Assembly: GCF_003704095.1 (NCBI RefSeq)
Contig: NW_020846941.1
Location: 310,001 to 374,000 of the forward strand
From: Pocillopora damicornis
Lineage: Eukaryota
DNA length: 64,000 bases
Direction: 5' to 3'
A program made the position numbers and the translations under genes. A model generated the notes under the pieces. That model made no database searches. It was not told the origin of the DNA and saw only the letters and a list, made by a program, of their open reading frames with translations. Shown in pieces: positions 11,730 through 22,975 of the stretch (positions within the stretch are counted from its first letter, which is position 1; each line of letters opens with the position of its first letter).

Positions 11730-12758
11730 TCAACTCCAGGCATTGAACAGTTTCTTTTTGTTAATCATATTAGTACTTCTTTCTTCACCGTTTCCTCGTT
11801 TTGTTGCCACAATGGACACATCTTTTGCGTTATAAGAACCTACTGAACGCGTCTTTGATCTATTCACGTTCACAACGTCCTGTTTGTTTAGCATAACTGC
11901 CGTCATAACAACAGAGTCAAGTTCTCGCTCGTTGTTATTTTCAGTCGGTTCGTGACCTGGCGTCCATTGAACCAATTCTAAAGGCTCGATACTTTTGATA
12001 AAATTCTTTACAGCTTGTCTCTGGAGATAAAGCTCTTTTTCACGCACTCGACGAAAATATTCCAGGTCAATCTCTAAAGAAGTATGTCGACGTTGTTTTT
12101 GACCAGCATTTTTGGAATCTCGGGCGTTATTTCTCTGCATTACGCTAAACTCTGGGACTTTATAATATGACGTTCTCGCTGGAGCGCTTCTTGCTCGGTT
12201 CAGTCTTTGAGTTACAGTTTTAAGCTGTCTCTCCCACATTTTGTTTCGCTTTTCCAGAGCTGTCATCGGTCGAGGCGGTAGATCGGGTTTTTCTGTAAAG
12301 CATTGCGGCTCTTCGCCATATAATGCAGCGCTGTCTAGGCGAGGTGGCTCGCATGATTTTGCCCTTCTAAATTTCGGCAACGGCGGCTTAGGGCTTGCAC
12401 TTAAACAGCGCAGCTGCCTCAAAGACATTCTCTCTTCACCGTTGGTATCATTGTTTTCGTTCTGTAGTTTCCGTAATTCCCGAGCGCGTTTGTGATTACT
12501 GTCTAAACTCTCTTTAACCTCGTCGTGCTTCTTTGCAATGTCCACGCTAAGGGAGAGTTTACGTTGAAATCGATGTACAACAAGTCTTTGATCGGACGAT
12601 ATTTTGGCAACTCTTTGCTGTTCCTGTTTATTTAAACAATCCATCTCTTTCTTAAGCTGTATTTCTTCTTTCCAATTAGCCGAGTGTACTTTTTGGGACT
12701 TTTCAGAACTTCCCGGGCCGGACTTTTGCCTGTCGATGTAACTTGCGAATTGGATCAT
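11730..12758 (-). CDS. Single-exon uncharacterised basic protein with N-terminal coiled coil (faint CCDC190-like pattern)
   Basis: About 342 codons open from the first ATG (MIQFASY). Coding-like composition, helical segments, several RxxS/T motifs. Confidence 0.7.
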   Translation of the reverse strand: MIQFASYIDRQKSGPGSSEKSQKVHSANWKEEIQLKKEMDCLNKQEQQRVAKISSDQRLVVHRFQRKLSLSVDIAKKHDEVKESLDSNHKRARELRKLQNENNDTNGEERMSLRQLRCLSASPKPPLPKFRRAKSCEPPRLDSAALYGEEPQCFTEKPDLPPRPMTALEKRNKMWERQLKTVTQRLNRARSAPARTSYYKVPEFSVMQRNNARDSKNAGQKQRRHTSLEIDLEYFRRVREKELYLQRQAVKNFIKSIEPLELVQWTPGHEPTENNNERELDSVVMTAVMLNKQDVVNVNRSKTRSVGSYNAKDVSIVATKRGNGEERSTNMINKKKLFNAWS

Positions 12759-15755
12759 CTTTACGATCGGAAGTTCATAGCCGGACAAAATTGGCCCTAA
12801 CAAGGTTCTTTTCAATCGTCCTAACCCTCACAACAACTGTATGCTTTGCGTACACTTTTGTGATTTGTACTTCCACGCGTCAGAAAACCAGAACAAAAGA
12901 TGAGGACGAAAATTAGCATTACTATGCTGCCTTCAAGTTCATTACCTCACACTACTCCATGAAAACAATTCAATCATTGTCTCTCGACTTTAAATTACAG
13001 TAACTAGGTTTAACATCTTGGCATTTTAGTACCAGCCTTTTATTGTTTGCTTTTACAGTAAACAAGTCCTTTCTTTGATTCAACCGTGATTTGAATACCA
13101 CCCGAAGTGACAAAGCTAACACGGCGCAACATACATCGCAGCAGCTTTAGAGAGAAGTTAACGGATGATTAAATTCATGGCGCATTCGCCTTTTCCTGTT
13201 TTCGTTGCCTGAAAGGATTGTTGAAAGAAAAGACAAGTTCCAGTCGTTAAACAGATAAAACAATGAAGCTCACGTGAGTTAATCCATCTGTCCATGACAA
13301 GCTGGTTGTAATTATACATTATAAAATTTCTCGTACTGTTTGTCGACTTCTTGTCATAATTGTCAAGATGACGGAGTGCTCAAATTGCGTAACAAAACTG
13401 TAAAATCGAAGACTGTGTGGTTATTAAATTGCTTTCACACCTGTTGCTCTGACTTCAAGCGTCGATCTAAACGAACATATGAAATACCAATTAATAAATT
13501 TAAGTCTTGCACTTAATTTTCCATGGTGGACCACTTCTATTTGGAAATGGATTTGTCCAATATTCCCTTTTCCTTTCGACATTATCATCTGATCATTAGA
13601 TGCCTCTGCTTTGAGAAGTGCATATGTCTTTAGCCCAATATGTATTGGACAATATTTTCTTTCAAAGCCGTAAATCAAACCGGTAGCTTTACAGATGTTA
13701 ACAGCTAGGGAGCAATTTCATAGCAACGGCTGATCATTTCAAAACATAAGAAAACAAACTGGTAACTAGGAAGCTTAAGCTTGGCAGCCACGCTGTGTCT
13801 TAGTTCCGTTCAGAGTTCAAACTAACGCAAAGGTATGATGTAAGAAGCTTACACTAGGGCTAAAATTTGCAACATTTGCAACATTACTGTAAGAGACGAT
13901 TAACGAGACGATAAAGGCTTTATCACTCCCAAAGCTTTGACGAACACAAGGGCAGAAAATCCAGTCAAATTAAAGCGGTTGATCTCGGTTGAGGACGACC
14001 CATCAGTGTCTTCCGGTGGAACCATTAACTTGCGAGGACACTTTGTGATGCCCAATATAAGGTTAACTGTATGAAACGTACTACGTGAACAAATTCAGAA
14101 GCTAACTCTTATTAAAAAAGAACTCGAGGACTTTTTCTTGAATAACTCACAACGGTTTTCGACCAACACAGCACAGGACAAAGAGAATATTCTAAAAAAT
14201 GCCACGTAAAAACACAAACTGGGTTTACTTGTTCCACACTGGACCAAACAGTAGCTGTGGTTTCACAGAATTTTCTCCATTTTTGCCGGTTGTTGGTTTT
14301 ACAAATTTTTCTTTTATATTCAACAACGCATGTTGATCATTTTCAGGACATTTAGTGTACAGGGTTGCAAAGTTTCGCTATTGACTCACGAAGGGAGATT
14401 TTAAAATTCTCCAGATTTGGCAGTCAGCTGAAACACCATATCTGACATTAAAATTGAAAACAAAACCAAGAAAAAAAAAAGGAAAAAAAAAGAAAGTAAA
14501 AGCCTCTTTCAATTGATTAATTAATTTATTTTTTGCTAAGTTTGATCAAAACTGATGCGAGACTAATCCATTTGCAACAAATGCGCTTAGGAAATAATCC
14601 ACTTAATTCAAAAAGCCACGAAAATAATAAACAGTCTTTCGTCAAGGATTCCTTTAATTAAGGTCTTATAGATGTGTAAATTGAGGGCCATTTTTAATTT
14701 TAGTCTGAGAGCGAATGTCAATCAAGATCGACTTGTTTCAAGGTGCGTTTGTCGTTTCGAAGAGCCTGAAATGAACATCAGTCGGAAATGTATTCATTCA
14801 TAGCTAATTTTCATATTTTCGTTTTACTTTTTGCGTTTCACACAACGTAAGAATAAAACTTAATAGCGTGTTGACAGGCTGTTAGTGAAACAATTGATAC
14901 GTTGTTACGTAGACTGCTTGATGCAAACATTTATTCCTTAACCGACCTTTAAAACACAAACTGTTGAGTTATACCATATAGTTGTGCCCTTTCTGTCTAT
15001 TTCTGAAATCGTGAAATACGAGTTATTTAATTATTTTATTTATTTGAAATATTCTTGATATACCAAAGATCGTTGAAATAAATATGCAGCCTTTTACAAA
15101 CAACCCACCAGCGGTAAATTTTAATCTACAAATGTTAATCATTTGTCGATTGTAATAGATGCATTTTTTTTGCGTAGACAAATAAAAGTCATCAGTTATG
15201 TTTTATTTCGCATGTGGCTTGGGTTATTACGCCGTACCCGCGTTCTCTCTTTCTTCGTTGCTTTCTTAAACTGAGAAAAATTCGACGCTTCTTCATTACT
15301 ACACTTTAAGGTTTTGACTGACAATTCTCCGGGCAAAAGCCATCGAATAGGGTTTAAAGCGGAAGCGAAAGCTATTTTTACCTTTGGAGATGTGGAAAGT
15401 ATCAGCATTATCATGATTCGAGGATGTGTGGAAAGGTGGCTTTTGTTCTAAACAAAAGATTATTTAGTAGTGTGGCCATACTGTGTCGAAGAGACAGATC
15501 TATTTAATTCAATGCTTTATTTTCAGAGGAATTTTGCCCATACTCTTACGATTCACAGGCACAGAAACTGACAAACAAACATTGTTCTTAAGTTGACTGC
15601 GCCGTTAGAATTCACTTTGAATAACATACAGTCATGCAGCAGTCAGCTTGTACTGGCGCTTCGAATTGAGATTTGAAAAGCTTGAAAACGTTGTATAGAG
15701 GAAATGTCAAACACTTTTGTGGAAATTGTGGCGCTCGGTAAACCCTGAAGAATAT

Positions 15756-16553
15756 ATGTTGGAAATTCATTCTGTAACCGAGGAAGAAGAAGTGGACTGC
15801 GCGGAAAGTGAGAGCTTTAGTGAATCGGATGTAAACAGTGACCCTCTTAAAACAAAAAGGAAAGTTCAATTTTCGTGGCCATTGGAATACTGGAGGGAAT
15901 TTGACAAGGAGACGGGAGAGGTTTATGAGCTAAAAGATGAAACGACACAAGAAGTGGCTGATTCATTGCCAAAACCGTCCGAAAATATTAAAACAAAAAA
16001 CATTGATGTTCCAGACTTGAAGAGCGACCAAAGACTTGATTGGAAAAACAGTGCTAAGGCTCAAAGCATCACTGACGTATTCCAAGTTTTTCAGAAACGA
16101 GATTATAAGAAAGCGAATACATTTAAACAGATCAAAGATAAACGGGATAATCCAGAATGCAAAAAGTCTTTCATTAAACGAAATTTGACCACATATCCAT
16201 CAACTTCTTTACACACGAAGCAGCTGAAACCGGGTAGTTTGCTTTGCAAAGTGTCAACCTGTTCTAAGTTAGCACACAAAGGTGAATTCACGTTTAACGC
16301 CCGCAGTAAGGAGCCTTCACTCATACAAAGTCACTGCACATACTCATTTTCGAGTTCCCTGGGCATGTTGACAGGGGTTACAGTACCTTCTAAGCCTTTG
16401 GTTTGCACGGGTCGTAAATTATACGATGAACGGCTTCTACCAGCAGTAGAACGGGAGAGAAAATCTATGTACACTTCGAAAAATAACAATGGGCTGCCAC
16501 CACTGACCTGCGGAAAGCCAACAACGCCAGATATTGTGCAACTTTTTGACTAG
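15756..16553 (+). CDS. Single-exon uncharacterised protein with an RVxF-type PP1-docking motif
   Basis: About 265 codons from ATG (MLEIHSV). Acidic N-terminus, then KRKVQFSW. An upstream exon spliced at tag|15699 is possible. Confidence 0.65.
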   Translation: MLEIHSVTEEEEVDCAESESFSESDVNSDPLKTKRKVQFSWPLEYWREFDKETGEVYELKDETTQEVADSLPKPSENIKTKNIDVPDLKSDQRLDWKNSAKAQSITDVFQVFQKRDYKKANTFKQIKDKRDNPECKKSFIKRNLTTYPSTSLHTKQLKPGSLLCKVSTCSKLAHKGEFTFNARSKEPSLIQSHCTYSFSSSLGMLTGVTVPSKPLVCTGRKLYDERLLPAVERERKSMYTSKNNNGLPPLTCGKPTTPDIVQLFD

Positions 16554-18331
16554 TTTTACAGAAATTATTTAATTTTCACCATTATTAAATTTTAAACACG
16601 TTTTGAATACGATGTTAGAAGCTGATTCGTTTTAAGAAAAACCTCATCGGTATTTATTTTGTATCATTTAATGTTCGAGCCGATATCATCACCTTCGAGT
16701 GCATTTAATTTCAATTAACAATATTTCTAAAAGTACATTGCGTGAGAGAAATGGTAGCTGCATAATCGGAGGTATCAGATTAAAGTTATCAAGATAGGAC
16801 AAGATGGTGAATTCCATGGCACCTGCGCACAAACAAAGCCTTGAATCCGTTCTCGTGTACTCGAAGTGGGGGAAACGAGGGAACCTAACGTATTAAGTGA
16901 CGTATTAAACGAGTGGTTCTAGGTACGTGAATGGCTTAAATCGCCTTTATACATAAACTCACTACAGCAGCCATAAACAGATATTGTGTAACATAATGTT
17001 ATAACTTAAAACACGATACAGTTGTTATCTGTGCTGTTTTCCATTAGCCCGTGCCGAGCTCTCAGTTGATGGAGACGAGCGGAGAGCGGGCGCGCGAAAA
17101 TTGGCTAGTAGACACAAAGGTAGCAGGTGCCAGAGAAACAATTTGCATTTTTCAGTCACGCGCACAGTCCGTAATAGGAGGTCGTCGTTAATTTTAACGG
17201 TAAATGCATTTTCTCGCATCCATCAACGACAAACCTTCTTTGCAGGGGTAGTGACAGGAGTTTAAGCACAGATGATTCACGTCTAAGGAGTTTGACTGAC
17301 CTCTGAACAACTTTCGAGTGTTTCACGTTGAATAAAGACTGAAAACCTAATTGAAGTAATTAATTATGCTCTACGGTTCGTCAAGTCAACACTTACTTCC
17401 CTTGGTGGAACACTTAGGGCCGGTTAATAAAACAAATTTTAACCGTCGTTTAACAAAACCGCATTCTAAGCCTTCTTCAATTTAGCCGAACCTTTTATCC
17501 AAGAATCAATTTTTTGTAAACAGTGTCAACAGGCCGATATCTAAAAGTAGACGGACATCTATTTAAATCAAATCAACCCTCTTATGGAGAGTCACCGAGG
17601 CCCACTGCTTGCGTAAAACCGCGGTTTGGGTTGGATCTCGTTTAAATAAGCGGCCCTTAAAGTTTCAATTTCCATATTAACGAACTAAGCGTTTATTCCT
17701 TGTTACCGATCTTTTGTTGTATGGATGATTGTATTAAACTAAGGAATATTAGTGTCACTTCACTTGACCTTGCCACTAAAGCCCATTGTGCTTTTGTCCA
17801 ATGAGGAACGTTTTTTATTACTTGTAATCGGTCTCTTGTGATTCAGACACTTTGATTTTAAAATGTGTAAATAGATGCACTTGCTGTGTTTGCGTTGCTA
17901 TCGAGTTCAGAACTAGGTCAAACGGAAACAATTCGCCCATACACAAAGCGATATGTCTGGAGGAGGTGGCTGGTTTGTATTTATTGAACTGATTCGTCAA
18001 GTCAAGTAAAGATAAAGACTTGCGGAATCTACTAATGAGAATTGGATTTCATGACCTAAGGATTCATTGCATTACATGGAGGACATTAAGTGCAGAATAG
18101 ATTGGAATACAAAACAATTTTGACAAAACAAGGGCAGGACAAAGGAAATAAATTGAAAGAACTGAAGTGATTAGCAAGATGTGGGCTTTCGAGCTCAGAG
18201 GGAAACAATCAAGTAAGAGAGAGATCCAACTGGACTGCGCGGTTTAGAGAACCTTTGTAGTAACATTGTGCTATTTTTATCAAGCAAGTTGAAGCCGGTT
18301 TAGAAAAGGGTCTTTTTAAAATTAAATTCTC

Positions 18332-19288
18332 ATGAAGAATAAGCGCGGAAAAAAAAAGAGTAAAGGCAAGAACCGTCAAAGGTATGGCAGAGAAAACACA
18401 GCTAACGCCAGTGAAATGAATTCGCTTACAGAAAAGGTCAAGGACATAAAATCAGGTAGATTTCAGTTCAGTCTTGTTGGTGATGATCATTACAGTTTTT
18501 ACGAGAGAACTTCAGTGAAACTCGAGGCCGAGAAGGGATGTAAAAGTTCTGAATGTTCTATTGAGAATGAGGGAGTACAAACGAAATCCAAGGAGACTAA
18601 AGGTCAACATAGATCGGCTTTGCCGCCTTTGAAAGATTTAACAAAATCACAACAACGGAAGCAGTTGACAAGAAATGCTTGCGGTCAATCGAAACTCGAT
18701 ACGACACTTCGAAACGACGGAAATCACAGGAAAGAAAACATTACCTCAACCTCCTCTGAGAAGTCAAAGACGCTCGCGAGTGTATCTTTTGTAGGTATAT
18801 ACGATTTGGATGACATGAATAACACCCAAGTAAACAGGGAATATGGTGTTTTAAACTTAGACAATGAAAAAAAAGTTGAAGGAGAGAGCGATGAAGACAA
18901 ATCCAGAGAACAGGTCGAAAAAACGTCAGGGTATGTAATTCAAACTTTAACGCTTGAAGGGGAGAGTCATTTCAATAGGAAGGAATCACTCCATAATAAA
19001 CTCATCCTTCCTGGAATAAAACAGAACAAAAAGTTTATTGGCGATAAAGTTGAAACATTTCAGAGACGCGAATCATTGTTTAAAGAAAGAGAAAAAAACA
19101 ACAGACTTCCAAGGTTAGTTCATAGTAACCAGAGACCTCCTAGGATTGTTCAACGCTTTTCAAAACGGATTCAGGGCAATCGTAGGGGAAAAACTCGAAC
19201 AAATCATAAGTCTTTTGAACAAGTTTATTTAGAGAGAGAAATTCCTCGGTTGCCACTTGTTTTAAATGGACGAATAACTCAATTTTGA
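18332..19288 (+). CDS. Single-exon Lys/Arg-rich disordered orphan protein
   Basis: 318-aa ATG-initiated ORF in AT-rich DNA. Basic N-terminus; LPPL, LPGI and LPRL motifs. Confidence 0.65.
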   Translation: MKNKRGKKKSKGKNRQRYGRENTANASEMNSLTEKVKDIKSGRFQFSLVGDDHYSFYERTSVKLEAEKGCKSSECSIENEGVQTKSKETKGQHRSALPPLKDLTKSQQRKQLTRNACGQSKLDTTLRNDGNHRKENITSTSSEKSKTLASVSFVGIYDLDDMNNTQVNREYGVLNLDNEKKVEGESDEDKSREQVEKTSGYVIQTLTLEGESHFNRKESLHNKLILPGIKQNKKFIGDKVETFQRRESLFKEREKNNRLPRLVHSNQRPPRIVQRFSKRIQGNRRGKTRTNHKSFEQVYLEREIPRLPLVLNGRITQF

Positions 19289-21522
19289 TTTCCTCAAACT
19301 CTACTTTAATTACGATTGGTTGTATGCAAGCCTCTTCTTTTCTTTCCATTTCCGTGATTCACAGTGCAGTCATCGTACAATAAATTTCTAGAATCTATAA
19401 TTGGTCATGGTTTCCTTTGTCATTTTCTAGCTGTTAAAAAATGTTTTGTCGGTGTGTTTCCAAGCTTTTGCTTACGCTGATCTATGCAAAAAATGTAAAG
19501 CCACACTTGCAGATTACTTAACCGATCTCAATCGACGGTGCGATCTCTGAGAGGAGCACTGCTAAACCAGTGAAGCAGTATTTTCTCTTGATCATTTGAT
19601 ACGCAAATGCTAGAGAAATCCAAAAGCATTTCTAGTGTCGTCATGTATCCTCTTCTCCTAGTTGTTAAATGCATTTAGTCAACAAGTCCGTGTGGGAAAG
19701 ACGTCAGACACTAATGAACTTATGGATCAGAGAGAGTGCTTTTTTGTCTGAACACAATGCTAATCAGCTCTAAGGTGCTCATACTAAACTTAACATCAGC
19801 AGGCCTTAAGTTTCCATTGTCGCTGTTACACAAAGGTGCGCAGTAGTAGGCAAAGAAAAGAGGATTGAAATGATACACAAGACAAGTGTAGTCTAAAAAG
19901 ACAAAATGGCGCACAGTGGTTGGCAAAGACAAGTGAAGTGTAATGATACACAAAGGCGCGCCGTGGTTGGCAAAGACAAGAGTACTGTAGTTTTTTAACG
20001 AAGTAAGCGTATGAGAATCGAAAAAAACTTACTTAACATAAAAAAAACTCGTTTAACTTTAAGTCTTTTGGGGGCTGCTATGGAAAATTAAACTGAAAAT
20101 TATATTTCCAGTACTTATGTGCGTTAACAACTAGAAATGAAATAAATGAAATGAAATGAAAACATTCAAAACCCTGACGGCTTCATGAGGAATTTTTCCA
20201 ATATATTACAGTGATTCTGAGAACTGTTCAGTATGACCATCTGGCGTGACTTCATTGTCGTATTTTAACTTGGCGCAGCAATGTTACCAGTGGAAAACGC
20301 TCCGGGGACGAGACTGGAATGCAACACCTCACAACGATGCATCACACCAAGTAACTGTACATTTCCGTACATAGTGAAGGGTGTGAAACCGAAAACATAG
20401 AACAACTTCCCCCCCCCCCAAAAAAAAAATGATTCATCGCAGTTTCTATGGAAATCATTCGTGCTTACGCATGGAAATTTAGATTAAAGATTTCGAGAGA
20501 AAGAATTTACAACAAAAAATGAAAAAACTGTCTAGTGGAAAACCTTCACCGAAAGGCGTCAATGATCTCAACCAGTGTCCACCTTCGTTCCCAGTGCCTC
20601 CATCTCCTCCACCCACCAAATCGTTGCGAAAGATAGAGACTCTGGGAACAAGTAACTTGTTCGATGTATTTGTTTGTATTACCGCTGTTTATTTCCTTAC
20701 ATAATGCATCGATTATTTCCCACTTTACGATAACTTTTTCTTTCTTGCATACCGTATGTATGTGATCATCATATGCAGACGGACGTTTTCCTACAGTTAA
20801 CAGCAGTCATCTGGCACGTTGACAACACTTTCTTGTCTACAATGTTACCAAGCTAAAAAGCCGCATTTGTCAAATAAACATCTTCCAATTACTTTAAATA
20901 ACTCTTTAGTACTTTGCTCTGTGAACTTCATCACTTGCTCCTGTCGTCAATACAGACCTTAGTATTCTATACGTACAGACGGACCACACAGGTTTCTTAT
21001 TTTGAAAAGCTTTCACCACATCAAGCAAAACGTTGTTCTCCTTGAGTAATTACTAATTAACTGTTTTAGGCTGCAGTTTTCTATTGGGAGTAATTTGTAG
21101 CCTTTTGTTTAAAGAGAGATTAAGGCAATGTCGTCAATGAAGATTACCATCAAATTATTTCATATATCTTGCTCTGTTTCGAAAGGTGTAATATGTACTA
21201 CACTTCTGACAGTTAGAGCTTCGAGCTTATTTCGAGGATTTTCATCCACCCCGCTTCCTGCTGAAAAACGTTTCTTCTCAAATACTGTAAATTTAATGGA
21301 AAGGTTGACACACTTCTAATGCACATTTTTACAACAGTTATTGAACGAACAAAGTAATCTTCAAACTGTCAACATCGCAATTTAACGAACGCTGTGTTTG
21401 CACTGAAAGTAAACAGTCACAAAGCGAGAAAAATCGCTCACGCCTAATGGAATGAAAATTTTAACAAGATTAGATATGATCTGTTTTCATGACGACGCAA
21501 ACTTCGACACCAACACGAAACA

Positions 21523-22149
21523 ATGGCGAAACTAAACAAGTACAATGTGTTATTCGAAGACATTCAAATCCAACTACGAAGACCAACCGTTCCAAGTGTC
21601 ACAGAGGAGAAGACTAGTCTTAAAAAACCTCCATTACTTTTGCCGAAGTCGAAAGCAAAAGAAACTTTATCGAGGACAGAAAAGGGCCTACAAGTCGACT
21701 TAGAACTGAATGTTCGTGGTTTTAGCAGGAAGGACAACAAAAGCTTTGGTAAGCGGACAAAACGGAAAGGCGAGAAAAAAAAGAGAAAATCCAAGGATAA
21801 TATCAAAGGTTTGTCATCCCCTAGCAACAAGATTACCCATCAGAACAATCCGCAAGTTTCTCTCCCTCCGATAGATTCTAAATCTTTAACGCAACAACGC
21901 TTGGGTAATGTTCTAAGCTTCTCAAATACAGCGACTTTTAAGCCATACCGAGAATTTGAAATTGCGTTTAATACGCTTGTGAAAGTAATCGAAAGGAGCA
22001 AAGAAGAGCAGAAAAGAACTACAAAGAGATTTCAAATGAATATCGTCCAAGGGGAACAAAAACCAATCAACGAGAAACTTCAGTCGCAAGAGGAAGCGAA
22101 AGACAATTGTTTACGCGAGTCACAGAATTGCTCAGTGATATCGGTTTAA
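21523..22149 (+). CDS. Single-exon Lys-rich orphan protein
   Basis: 208-aa ORF in good Kozak context (acaATGG). Basic tract, SLPPI motif, helical C-terminal segment. Confidence 0.6.
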   Translation: MAKLNKYNVLFEDIQIQLRRPTVPSVTEEKTSLKKPPLLLPKSKAKETLSRTEKGLQVDLELNVRGFSRKDNKSFGKRTKRKGEKKKRKSKDNIKGLSSPSNKITHQNNPQVSLPPIDSKSLTQQRLGNVLSFSNTATFKPYREFEIAFNTLVKVIERSKEEQKRTTKRFQMNIVQGEQKPINEKLQSQEEAKDNCLRESQNCSVISV

Positions 22150-22975
22150 TCGAGTTATCATATTGGTTATCGTGCAATTGCAAACCAACAGCTTAATGAA
22201 GCTCTCCAGTATGTGAGCCGTTATTCTGGATCTTAGTTACTCACGCGAAAACGAAAAATTCCCAAGCGGACGTTTAGCACATCGGCTGTAATCAGTAAAA
22301 GCAACATTCAGTGTCTCAAGATGATGCGAACTCATGAGCGAATCACAATTTTCAGACCATTCACTTTTAACTGTCTTTTAATACGAAATATTCTCCTACG
22401 ATGAAGGCTGTTCTTTCATTAAAAGGCCAAGTTTCACATTTTAAACCTTTGTAGGTACAATTTAGACCTTCACAGATTCAGATGCGAGACGTAAGTCTAG
22501 TTTTACGAACTGCAAACTAAAAAATATCACACGCGATACGTAATTTCGGGCAGCTGCGTGGTAGAAAAACAATTTGCTCCAAATTAAATTACTTGTTTCG
22601 TACATTACTGTATAGAGTGTAAACATCATGTCTAGAAGAAAAAGATCTCCTAGAAAATAGAAGTTGAATAAATAAGATTCCTTTAGATGCTGGTGAATCT
22701 TCTTTTGAATTTCACTGAAACACAGTAATACAATCGCTGCGCTTCTACCGAGAAAAAGATATTCTTACTAAAAAGAGGGTAATTTGTAGTTAATTGAAAT
22801 AATGAAGGCTTTTTCGTTGGGGGAATTATTTTCAGTTTGTATATAAAACTCAGGTAGAGATCTCATTCAGAGGAACAGTTCATCACGACAAAAGCCAAAT
22901 TTCTCGCAAGACAATTTTTTCCCCTGCTATGTGCAGAATATTTTCAACAGCTGATATGTCCCCGTTGGTGTCAAA

